Positions 23,150-32,744 of a stretch of DNA of 64,000 bases are shown piece after piece. The position numbers were made by a program, and so were the translations under genes. Position 1 is the stretch's first letter. Every line of letters starts with the position of its first letter. This DNA is from TPA_inf: Saccharomyces (lineage: Eukaryota): assembly GCA_000146045.2 (NCBI GenBank), contig BK006948.2, forward strand, positions 224,001 to 288,000. Direction: 5' to 3'. The notes below the pieces were generated by a model, which worked only from the letters and a program-made list of their open reading frames with translations, ran no database searches and had not been told where the DNA came from.

Positions 23150-24301
23150 ATGGCTGCAAGTGAGATAATGAACAATCTGCCTATGCATTCCCTCGATTCT
23201 TCTCTAAGGGATTTACTTAACGATGACTTATTCATTGAAAGTGATGAATCGACCAAGTCGGTAAATGATCAGAGGAGTGAAGTATTTCAAGAATGTGTGA
23301 ACCTTTTCATAAAAAGAGATATCAAGGATTGCCTAGAAAAAATGTCTGAGGTTGGATTTATTGATATTACCGTTTTCAAGTCCAACCCTATGATATTAGA
23401 TTTATTTGTCAGCGCCTGTGATATTATGCCCAGCTTTACCAAATTAGGTTTAACACTGCAGAGTGAGATTTTGAATATTTTCACGTTAGATACCCCTCAA
23501 TGTATTGAGACAAGAAAAATTATTCTCGGTGACCTCAGTAAACTTTTGGTCATCAATAAATTCTTTCGATGCTGTATCAAGGTTATTCAGTTTAACTTAA
23601 CTGATCACACCGAACAAGAAGAAAAAACTCTGGAGCTTGAATCCATAATGAGTGATTTCATTTTCGTATACATAACGAAAATGAGGACAACTATAGATGT
23701 AGTTGGCTTACAAGAATTAATCGAGATATTCATCTTTCAGGTGAAGGTAAAACTGCATCATAAAAAACCCTCACCGAATATGTATTGGGCGCTTTGCAAA
23801 ACATTACCTAAGTTATCTCCAACCCTAAAGGGCCTTTACTTATCTAAAGATGTTTCCATAGAGGATGCTATTCTGAACTCAATAGATAATAAAATACAAA
23901 AAGATAAGGCGAAGTCTAAAGGTAAACAAAGAGGAGTGAAACAGAAAATACACCATTTTCACGAGCCTATGTTACACAATAGTAGTGAAGAACAGGTTAA
24001 GGTTGAGGATGCGTTTAATCAACGCACCTCTACTGATAGTAGACTCCAGAGTACTGGAACGGCGCCCCGTAAAAAAAACAATGATATTACTGTTCTGGCT
24101 GGTTCATTTTGGGCTGTCCTGAAGCATCATTTCACAAGAAGTGTGCTGAACAAAAACGGACTTCTGCTCACAGGTCTGCTGCTACTCTTATGTTTGAAAA
24201 AATATAAGTCATTGATGGCAATTTTCAAACATGTTCCAGCGGCCTTTCACACTGTATACCCCCAGATTGTAGGGTTGCTAAAACTTCTAGCGAGTATATG
24301 A
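23150..24301 (+). CDS. PEX15: tail-anchored peroxisomal membrane protein, 383 aa
   Basis: A 383-aa ORF with a single C-terminal TM segment (LLLTGLLLLLCL), at the YOL044W position. Confidence 0.75.
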   Translation: MAASEIMNNLPMHSLDSSLRDLLNDDLFIESDESTKSVNDQRSEVFQECVNLFIKRDIKDCLEKMSEVGFIDITVFKSNPMILDLFVSACDIMPSFTKLGLTLQSEILNIFTLDTPQCIETRKIILGDLSKLLVINKFFRCCIKVIQFNLTDHTEQEEKTLELESIMSDFIFVYITKMRTTIDVVGLQELIEIFIFQVKVKLHHKKPSPNMYWALCKTLPKLSPTLKGLYLSKDVSIEDAILNSIDNKIQKDKAKSKGKQRGVKQKIHHFHEPMLHNSSEEQVKVEDAFNQRTSTDSRLQSTGTAPRKKNNDITVLAGSFWAVLKHHFTRSVLNKNGLLLTGLLLLLCLKKYKSLMAIFKHVPAAFHTVYPQIVGLLKLLASI

Positions 24302-24391
24302 GAAATATTTGAATAGTTTATAAAACCCTACCTACTTATTTTAATGACATACATAATGGTTTTTCATCTTTTTCCACAATGAATGGTGGTT

Positions 24392-25534
24392 CTATTTTTT
24401 CTTGTGTCTTTCTGTTGTAATTCCATTTGTAACCGTGTCCAACCAATGCGAATATACTTTCTCGATGTCTTCTTTGTCCTCCAATTGATGAAATTTGGAA
24501 GATTCGATTAGCTTCTCATTGCGAGCATTGCAGACATCGTTTGCTAGACATAAATCACACCTCTTACCCCTGGCCATGCAGATCAATTGACCAAATCCAA
24601 CCAAAACGGTGTTTATTTCGTACCACAGTGAGTGAGGTAGCCAAACCTGTAACTCCTTTCTAGTATGCTCGGCAGTCTTACACTTAATAGGGTCTACCCA
24701 ATTCCACATTTTACACAGCCTATGGACATGAACATCGACGCATATGCCGGCAATCAGCCCCCAACCTTTTTGCAGTGTTAAATATCCCATTTTAGGTCCA
24801 ACTCCAGGTAACGAGAGAATTCCCTCTATATCATACGGTATATCTGAATCGAAATTGTCTACCAATAATTGTGCGGTTCTTTTGATGAAATTGGCTTTTC
24901 TGGTATAGAAGCTAACGCATCGAATTAGATTTGCTAATACAGGTTCATCAATTTTAAGCAGTCCATCTAGCGTAATACCCTCTGCTATTTTTAATGTGTT
25001 TAAGCAGTATTCGGTGATATTCAAAGCCGCTTGCGCCATCCTTTCGTCCCTCGTTTGAGCAGAAAGCATAGTGCCAATAAGAAATTGAAGCCTGAAATTC
25101 TTTGGATCGACTTTTTCACTAGGTATCCCACATTTATTAGAAACTAAAACAGGAATCATGCTACATCCCATAGCATCTACCGGGGTTTTAACCTTGGACC
25201 TCATTAATCTCACCCGATTATATATGGGTAAGAAACTCTCAGGAACTTTCGCCCCAGAATCGTTAATCATTTCTTCTTTAGTTATTGGCCGTCCCCAAGT
25301 TCTCGGATCATCACAAGTCCTTGATTCGATCCATTCAAAATACTCTATTGGCTTCAGTGCCTTGATCCAGTCAATATTTACTCCGCCGTAATTTTGCAAA
25401 TCTTTATTGATTTTATTTTCTTTTACTAACTCAACAGTTCTCTCATTCTTTTTGAAATACTTAGATCGAACTTCTACCTCTTCAATATCAACAGGAATAT
25501 GCTTTCTCTTCCTAGACCTACTTTCCTCTCTCAT
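24392..25534 (-). CDS. NTG2: endonuclease III-like DNA N-glycosylase/AP lyase with a [4Fe-4S] cluster loop, 380 aa
   Basis: It has HhH-GPD motifs (LPGVGPKMG) and a C-terminal Cys cluster (CMARGKRCDLCLANDVC). Confidence 0.85.
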   Translation of the reverse strand: MREESRSRKRKHIPVDIEEVEVRSKYFKKNERTVELVKENKINKDLQNYGGVNIDWIKALKPIEYFEWIESRTCDDPRTWGRPITKEEMINDSGAKVPESFLPIYNRVRLMRSKVKTPVDAMGCSMIPVLVSNKCGIPSEKVDPKNFRLQFLIGTMLSAQTRDERMAQAALNITEYCLNTLKIAEGITLDGLLKIDEPVLANLIRCVSFYTRKANFIKRTAQLLVDNFDSDIPYDIEGILSLPGVGPKMGYLTLQKGWGLIAGICVDVHVHRLCKMWNWVDPIKCKTAEHTRKELQVWLPHSLWYEINTVLVGFGQLICMARGKRCDLCLANDVCNARNEKLIESSKFHQLEDKEDIEKVYSHWLDTVTNGITTERHKKK

Positions 25535-25824
25535 TATATACTGTGAAAGACGTTGTGCTTATACATTTTTTGTGTGCTCCCAATAAGCAACAGATTCAAA
25601 ATGCTAAAGAGGTCCTTGCCTTCCTTCCTTTCTACTACATGTATATTCCCAAGTTAGGATAACTGCTTCACCAGCTGATTTTGATTTCTCGGCAACAAAA
25701 CTAACAAATTAACCATGAGTTGTTTAATTGTTCCTGTTAGAGAAGAAAGGAGATCTACACAAACTAAGCTGGATAACGGCAAAAAAGAACATTGGAGAGA
25801 GATTTACTGCTCATACAAGTAACA

Positions 25825-26916
25825 ATGTTTACTCGAAGGTTTATTCCAGTTGTTCAGTCAACTAAGCAAAACATCGGTAAATATGTGCGAAAAGATGCTA
25901 GGTTCACTTTATTAACATACAACATGCTCTCACCGTCATATATGTGGCCACAGGTATACACATACGTTGCAGAGCCATACAAAAACTGGAGTTATAGGCA
26001 CAGACTGCTGGAGAAAGAACTTTTGAATACTTTCAAGGCTGATATTATGTGTCTCCAAGAAATGACCGCAAGAGATTATGAAGATTATTGGCACGATTCC
26101 ATAGGGGTAGATGTCAATTATGGGTCCAAATTCATTTCCAAGACACCCCCAAAGTATTGGAAAAAACCGGTTAAAGATATGGACGGTGTATCTATTTTCT
26201 ATAATCTTGCAAAATTTGACTTTATATCGTCATCAGGGATCTACTTAAACCAGCTACTGAATGTTTTCAATCAAAGGGAACTGAAATACTTATACAATAA
26301 GAAGGTAACATTAACCGATGGTGCTTCCAATGTTATTGGTGAAGACAGCTTATTGGATGTTTTAAAAGGCAAGAATCAGGTATGCTTATTCGTATCTCTA
26401 AGACATAAGGAGACGGGTACTATTTTTGTCGTTTTAAATACTCATTTGTATTGGAAATATGACGAAGTTAAGCTAACACAATGCATGATTATAATGAGAG
26501 AGTTATCAAAGATCATTAAGCAGCTCCTACCGGGAGATGTAAAAGGCCAAGAAAGGGTGAAGATTTTATTCACTGGTGATCTAAATTCTACAAGAGATTC
26601 GCTAGTTGTTAATTTTCTGCAAGGTCAGATAGTTAGCCATGGAGACCTTAATCTTATTAACCCAATGAGGCCGTATTTGGATCGTTGTGTCTATGACGAT
26701 ATACCAAAGGATTATTTTGTACATACGTGCTATTCAGGAAAATTGAAGGGCATCTTTGATTACGTATGGTACCATGATTCAGATTTTTTACTAACTAAGA
26801 TCCTAACCGGTAATGAAGTATCAGACGAATTGCTAGCGTCTAATCAGTTGGGTTTACCCAATGAAAACCATCCTAGTGATCATATACCTCTACTAACAGA
26901 ATTCAAAATACTGTGA
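25825..26916 (+). CDS. NGL1: CCR4/EEP-family endonuclease-exonuclease-phosphatase protein, 363 aa from second ATG
   Basis: EEP-fold motifs are present (LNTHLYW, GDLNS, SDHIPL). The ORF track begins 11 codons earlier, at 25792. Confidence 0.75.
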   Translation: MFTRRFIPVVQSTKQNIGKYVRKDARFTLLTYNMLSPSYMWPQVYTYVAEPYKNWSYRHRLLEKELLNTFKADIMCLQEMTARDYEDYWHDSIGVDVNYGSKFISKTPPKYWKKPVKDMDGVSIFYNLAKFDFISSSGIYLNQLLNVFNQRELKYLYNKKVTLTDGASNVIGEDSLLDVLKGKNQVCLFVSLRHKETGTIFVVLNTHLYWKYDEVKLTQCMIIMRELSKIIKQLLPGDVKGQERVKILFTGDLNSTRDSLVVNFLQGQIVSHGDLNLINPMRPYLDRCVYDDIPKDYFVHTCYSGKLKGIFDYVWYHDSDFLLTKILTGNEVSDELLASNQLGLPNENHPSDHIPLLTEFKIL

Positions 26917-27266
26917 GGCATTACTATCTTGCCTTTTTTGTGCTTTTTTTCTTCATTCCTTGTTTTATTTTATTTGTACCTCTCTTATAACCTTGTTATC
27001 ATACTTTTTATTCATTTCAAATATTCTTTCCATTATTGCAGTATTCTTTAAGTAATATTCCGAACGTGTTCCATAATTTGGGTATGAATGTATTTATAGA
27101 AATATATAAAACGCATGATTTTTCTTTTTTATATGTATATTATACTATTAGAACTATGTAAAAAAATGCCAGCATGTATAGAGGAAGCTACAAGAGATAA
27201 GAAATAACTAGTAATAATATACAGTGTATCTCTAACAAAATTGATATTGTGTGAAAACTAATGAAA

Positions 27267-28646
27267 CTATTTCTTGCTCTTTTCAGCTTGAGCTTTCTTG
27301 AATGCTATCGATCTTTTGGTAACCCTACCTGTAGCGGATCTTTGTTTCTTCTTTTTTAGATGGGTGGAACCTTCGCCTTTCTTTGCTCTTAAACCTTCGA
27401 TAGTTATCTCTTGGCCCAAAGTGGCTCTATCAGCCTTACCTAAAATCTTTTTAGCTCTACCTGCTCTGGTTCTTTGTGAATCTGTCAACCCATTTCTATC
27501 CAAGCCGGTCCCAATAGTAGTACCCTTCTTCATGTTCTTACATCTGGAAACACGCAATTTTCTTGCCTTTTTAGTTGGTTTCTTTGTATTTTCGTCTTCT
27601 TGTTTTTGTGACTTCATAGGCTTTTCGTTCAATAAAAGTGCTTTGTTTACACTTTGTAAATCTTTAAATTGAACATAAGCAAATCCCTTACCCATATTTG
27701 TCTTTGAATCTCTGATAATACGGACATATTCAATATCGCCACATGGTTCAAAATGTTTCCAAAGACTTTCTTCTATTTCTTCAAAATCCAAGTTACCTAC
27801 AAAGATTGAACGCTTCTTATCATGCGGAGCTGGATGAGCAACTGAATCAACTCTTAAGTGATGATCTTGGAAAACGACAGCATTCAAATTCGAGCAGATT
27901 TTTCTTACAGCAGACTTATTCTTATAGACGATGTAAGCGTTTATTGTATCCCTTGACTTATGAAATTTTTGTTGGACAAACGCAACTTTTCTAGGAAGAG
28001 CTTCATCAAAGGAAATAGATCTGAATCTTATGCTTTCAATGGCAAATTCGTTATTGTCACTTTTCTTAGAACTTTCCTCTTCTTTTTCATTACCAGATTC
28101 CTCAGTTTCTGCTATCGGATTTGTACCAAAAAGTTTTTTGAATTCTTTATAAACCTTTTTAGATGTGATGACAGTACTTAAGATGTTACCAATGAAAACA
28201 GTTCTTTCTGCCTTTTCTAACTCGTCTTCTTTGAAATCAACTTTCTTAGCTGCTGATGTCAGTGGTACTGAAGTTTCATCAGTTTTCGTTACTGTTGGTT
28301 TATCATCCTCAGCCTCAGCTTCTTCATTTAGTAGTTTCGCATAATAGCGGGCTTCTAAGTCTTCATCCTCGTCATTCCTTTTACTTTTTTTGGCCTTCTT
28401 TACTTTTGGAAGGGCAACTTCTTCAGTTTGCTCATCTGAAACATCAGGTTTGCTTGCTTCTTTTTCTTCTTGATCAGCTTCGGCAGCTCTTTCCCTTTTC
28501 TTCGAATCAGGAAGGACAGTACGTGTTTTGCTTTTGACTTCCAATTTATTAATAGGTCCACAGGATGAACTAAATAGCTTATCTACTGAAGATTCTATTT
28601 TTTTCTCATCAATGTTACCAAAGAGATTGTCAATTGCAGAGGACAT
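27267..28646 (-). CDS. NOP12: nucleolar RRM-containing ribosome biogenesis protein, 459 aa
   Basis: Two RRM-like segments (VFIGNI..., [10 protein letters not shown]...GFAYVQF) plus Lys-rich termini. Confidence 0.85.
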
Positions 28647-28772
28647 TTTTCACTTTAAAATTTATAGCGTGATAATCTGGTGGATGATATGTCGACTGTT
28701 TTCTTAATAAAGTGCCTCAAGCTATCTACCTTCAATATAACAGTTTAAAATTTAGACAAGCAAAAAAAAATT

Positions 28773-28794
28773 GCGATGAGCTTGAAAAAATTTC
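28773..28794. promoter_or_regulatory. PAC (GCGATGAGCT) immediately followed by RRPE-like (TGAAAAAATTTC) ribosome-biogenesis promoter elements upstream of NOP12
   Basis: Direct read ttgcgatgagcttgaaaaaatttcg, about 130-150 bp upstream of the NOP12 ATG. Confidence 0.6.
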
Positions 28795-29148
28795 GAAGTT
28801 CGTTTTAAGTGATCAATATATCAAAGAAAATAGAAAGTTGATGAAAGTAGTCCGTGACAGTAAATGAAGCACTTGAGTTGAGGTTTCACGTCCGCTTACA
28901 ATATATATCATATATGAGGACGAACATTTACAGTAATGATGGAAGGCAATTTAAAAGCTGTCTGCGGAAACAAGTGCTATTGTTGCTTTCCGTGTACAAC
29001 CCCCATTCACTTCATAAAAGAAATTAAACAAATATAATATAATAGATTATAATAATAATACCAATAAACAAAAATTTTATTTTCCTAATACCTAGACATT
29101 ATATATAAAAAAGATACAAGGATGACTGCGATTCTGTTATTAGGGAGC

Positions 29149-29577
29149 TTATTTCAATGGGATGAAACGGGAAGTAGTAGCACCGGCTCTACCATGTCTG
29201 ACTGGGGTGTAAGTAATGGAGAATTCACCCAAATAGTGACCCAACATTTCTGGTCTGATTTCAACTTGGTTGAAAGCCTTACCGTTGTAGATACCGACGA
29301 CGGAACCGATCATTTCTGGAACAATGATCATGTTTCTCATGTGGGTTCTGACTGGAGCTGGCTTTTCATTTTCTGGGGCAGCCAACTTGGCAGCTCTCAA
29401 CTTCTTCATGAAACCGGCTGGCTTGGAAGTCATACCACGGGCAAATCTTCTTCTAACTCTAGCTGGGGCCAACTTGACGAAATCTTCAGTGGACATTTCC
29501 AACAATTTTTCCAAATCGACACCTCTGTAAGAGTGGGTCTTAAAAACTCTCTTCTTGGCATTAACAGCTTGAGACAT
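29149..29577 (-). CDS. RPS15: ribosomal protein S15 (uS19), 142 aa
   Basis: [28 protein letters not shown]...[11 protein letters not shown]. The product is highly conserved uS19. Confidence 0.95.
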
Positions 29578-29902
29578 GATCGGTCGTGATTATCTTGTTG
29601 TGTACTTCTAGTTCGTCTTATTCTACAATGTAAGGATAAGCACTAACAAATAAGAAAAAAATGAAATCCAAGAACAAATAAAAGAAGAGACCATACCATA
29701 ATGTGAAACTCTGCACAAAAGATTAAAAAGGAATAAATTGATTGCGGATAGGAAGGGCCAAGCAGACGATTACGGTGTTGTCTCGCAGCTTCCCAGCAAG
29801 GAGTTTCTCAGAGAACCTACTCCGAGTGAAACGGACGGAAGAGACCTTCCAAAGAGAAACGAAAATCGGTTCTAGGAGGACGCTCCCTCTAAGTGTCTAG
29901 GC

Positions 29903-29933
29903 CCGTGTTGGGCGGAACTGCCGCCCAACACGG
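29903..29933. promoter_or_regulatory. perfect 13-bp inverted repeat (CCGTGTTGGGCGG aactg CCGCCCAACACGG) in the GC-rich divergent RPS15/RPP2A promoter
   Basis: A direct read. Rap1-like sites lie nearby, ACGCCCAGACATAAC and GGTGTACGGATT at about 29950-29995. Confidence 0.5.
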
Positions 29934-30296
29934 TTTCCGGGACTATACGCCCAGACATAACATTGATTTATACGCGCGGTGTACGGATTAAAAAAGTTTT
30001 GTACCTGTTTTGAGGCTGTAACTCATGGCAGCCGAGGGGAATACCAGGGGAGAGACTATACCGGACGATATGCGGAAGACGCGCGAAACGTGAAACATTT
30101 TGCATGGAACTCCAAAGCGTTGATACCCGCTTGAAGTTTAGTTAACCTAGTAGCGGAGAGCCGTTATTATTCGAGGTTTTTCAATTGTTACTTCTGGTAA
30201 TTTCTACTTCCGTTTATTCAAAAGCTTTTTCTATTATTTTAGTGATTTTTTTCTCATTGGAAATTCATACACAACAACAGAACCAATCATACAAAA

Positions 30297-30617
30297 ATGA
30301 AGTACTTAGCTGCTTACCTATTATTGAACGCTGCTGGTAACACCCCAGATGCCACCAAGATTAAGGCTATTTTGGAATCCGTCGGTATCGAAATCGAAGA
30401 CGAAAAGGTTTCCTCCGTTTTGTCCGCTTTGGAAGGTAAGTCTGTTGACGAATTAATTACTGAAGGTAACGAAAAGTTGGCTGCTGTTCCAGCTGCTGGT
30501 CCAGCTTCTGCTGGCGGTGCTGCTGCTGCCTCTGGTGATGCTGCTGCTGAAGAAGAAAAGGAAGAAGAAGCCGCTGAAGAATCTGACGACGACATGGGTT
30601 TCGGTTTATTCGACTAA
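30297..30617 (+). CDS. RPP2A: acidic ribosomal stalk protein P2-alpha, 106 aa
   Basis: [11 protein letters not shown]...[13 protein letters not shown], the classic P-protein C-terminus. Confidence 0.95.
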   Translation: MKYLAAYLLLNAAGNTPDATKIKAILESVGIEIEDEKVSSVLSALEGKSVDELITEGNEKLAAVPAAGPASAGGAAAASGDAAAEEEKEEEAAEESDDDMGFGLFD

Positions 30618-31227
30618 GGTTGAGTAAATTTGTGCAATCTCGTTATATCATATCTTGGAAGTTATAGAGGGAAGGGCGCAAAAATAAACCCTTTCCTCTT
30701 TTTTACGGCGACCATACTCTTTTTTTCCTAATCCTTTTCAAGTTTAAATCCATGATTTAATATCTATTTATACATATAAATAATATAAGTAATGGTTTAA
30801 TGCATTGTTTCAAAAAAAAAATAAAAAAAAAAGGGAAGAAATTATATATAAATATACTTCTTCATCTTCAAAATTCAAACCGATTGTTTTACTGGTTAGA
30901 ATATTATGTGTGCTCTTTCTTTGCTCTATGACATGGCTCTGTTTTGTACCTTCCTTTTTTTTATGCTATTGAATAAATTTGTTGTAGCCGCTTTCCTCAG
31001 GAAGGACCCCATGTATTTCATCAAATCATATAAGTTGAATATCCCATCAATTGCGTACCTAGTACTTAAATAAAATACTCACGTCGCTTTCTTTGAATAT
31101 TTGGAAATGAATTGAGACCTAGTGTGCTGTGTGCCCTTGTTCATTGACGATTAAAGCTTTAAGGACCATTACTATGGGTAAGAATATCATCCGGGCAACG
31201 GTATTTCTTAATCTTTTCGAAGATTCT

Positions 31228-31236
31228 TTTGCCACC
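31228..31236 (-). promoter_or_regulatory. PACE (Rpn4-binding GGTGGCAAA) about 100 bp upstream of PRE6
   Basis: The top strand reads tttgccacc, which is the reverse complement of GGTGGCAAA. Confidence 0.6.
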
Positions 31237-31336
31237 GGAAGGGAAAGAAAAGACATCATATATAGGTGGTAGCAAAACCTTCAAGTTAGTGCTCAGCAGT
31301 TCATCAGGATCAGTTGCATAAACACAATTACACAAA

Positions 31337-32101
31337 ATGAGTGGTTACGATAGAGCTTTGTCCATTTTCTCCCCAGATGGACACATTTTCCAAGTGGAGT
31401 ACGCCCTGGAGGCGGTAAAGAGGGGTACCTGTGCTGTAGGTGTCAAGGGTAAGAATTGTGTAGTATTGGGCTGCGAAAGAAGGTCTACTTTGAAGCTGCA
31501 AGACACTAGAATTACGCCTTCCAAAGTTTCCAAAATTGACTCGCATGTGGTGTTGTCATTTTCTGGTTTAAATGCAGATTCCAGAATTCTTATCGAGAAG
31601 GCTAGAGTGGAGGCCCAAAGTCACAGACTAACGTTGGAGGATCCCGTGACGGTGGAGTATCTCACACGTTATGTCGCTGGTGTGCAACAAAGGTACACGC
31701 AGTCAGGAGGTGTTAGACCATTTGGTGTGTCGACGCTGATTGCCGGCTTCGACCCGAGAGATGATGAACCCAAGCTTTACCAGACCGAGCCAAGTGGTAT
31801 ATACTCTTCGTGGTCCGCTCAGACCATTGGGAGAAACTCCAAGACGGTACGTGAGTTTTTGGAGAAGAATTACGATCGCAAAGAACCACCAGCCACAGTG
31901 GAAGAATGTGTCAAACTTACTGTAAGATCTCTGTTGGAGGTAGTTCAAACAGGTGCAAAAAATATTGAAATCACTGTTGTTAAGCCGGACTCAGATATTG
32001 TTGCGTTGAGCAGTGAGGAAATTAACCAGTACGTCACCCAAATCGAACAAGAAAAGCAAGAGCAGCAAGAGCAGGACAAAAAGAAAAAATCTAACCATTA
32101 A
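31337..32101 (+). CDS. PRE6: 20S proteasome alpha-type subunit (alpha4), 254 aa
   Basis: The proteasome alpha signature is present (YDRALSIFSPDGHIFQVEYA). Confidence 0.92.
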   Translation: MSGYDRALSIFSPDGHIFQVEYALEAVKRGTCAVGVKGKNCVVLGCERRSTLKLQDTRITPSKVSKIDSHVVLSFSGLNADSRILIEKARVEAQSHRLTLEDPVTVEYLTRYVAGVQQRYTQSGGVRPFGVSTLIAGFDPRDDEPKLYQTEPSGIYSSWSAQTIGRNSKTVREFLEKNYDRKEPPATVEECVKLTVRSLLEVVQTGAKNIEITVVKPDSDIVALSSEEINQYVTQIEQEKQEQQEQDKKKKSNH

Positions 32102-32744
32102 AAACGGCGATATATATTGGGCATAAAACCTATATAAAATAACAGCAATAATAAAAATGCAAAATATAACATAGCACGGTATAGTTAGCTCATATATGTT
32201 TTAACGAGCCTTACATTATATCATTTAATACGATCTCATGTTTTTCGGATTTCGGATCTCGCCAAGAAAACTTGCTGATATAGAATGGAATGGAATGACT
32301 TCAAAAACTGCCCACTCATAAAGTTTGCTTCTTTAAATTGAATATATATTCACAGTCCGATTTGAAAAGCTTACCATCTGCCACACGCATTCTACTCCCT
32401 AATTTCCACACACAGTGTTTTTGTTTCTATAAAGAAAAAGAAAACCAAAATACTGTACTTTTTCCCATAATTTTCTTTCCATACGCCTATATGCCCATAC
32501 TTTGCCCGGTTTATCGAACAACGCTGTGAATTTTGCGAGTCATAAAAGACTTATCGTACCATTATACCCCATTCATTATCAAAACATTATCTTATTTATA
32601 TATCCAATTTAAAATCCTGTTTTTTAAGAAATAATTTCCAATACATTATTATAACTTATTGATACCTATTTAGAATCGATATTTGGTCTTTTCTTTGAGA
32701 AGAAAAAAGAAAAGAAATAAAAAAAAAGTTCACAAAAGTTTGTC

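Noticed and set aside
29122-29589. 155-aa ORF antisense to RPS15 and a 68-aa ORF at 29324-29530
   Set aside because: They sit opposite a highly conserved ribosomal protein gene and are a codon-bias artefact.
30314-30595. 93-aa Ala/Ser-rich antisense ORF in RPP2A
   Set aside because: It is the antisense of the GCT/GCC-rich alanine run of the P2 stalk protein.
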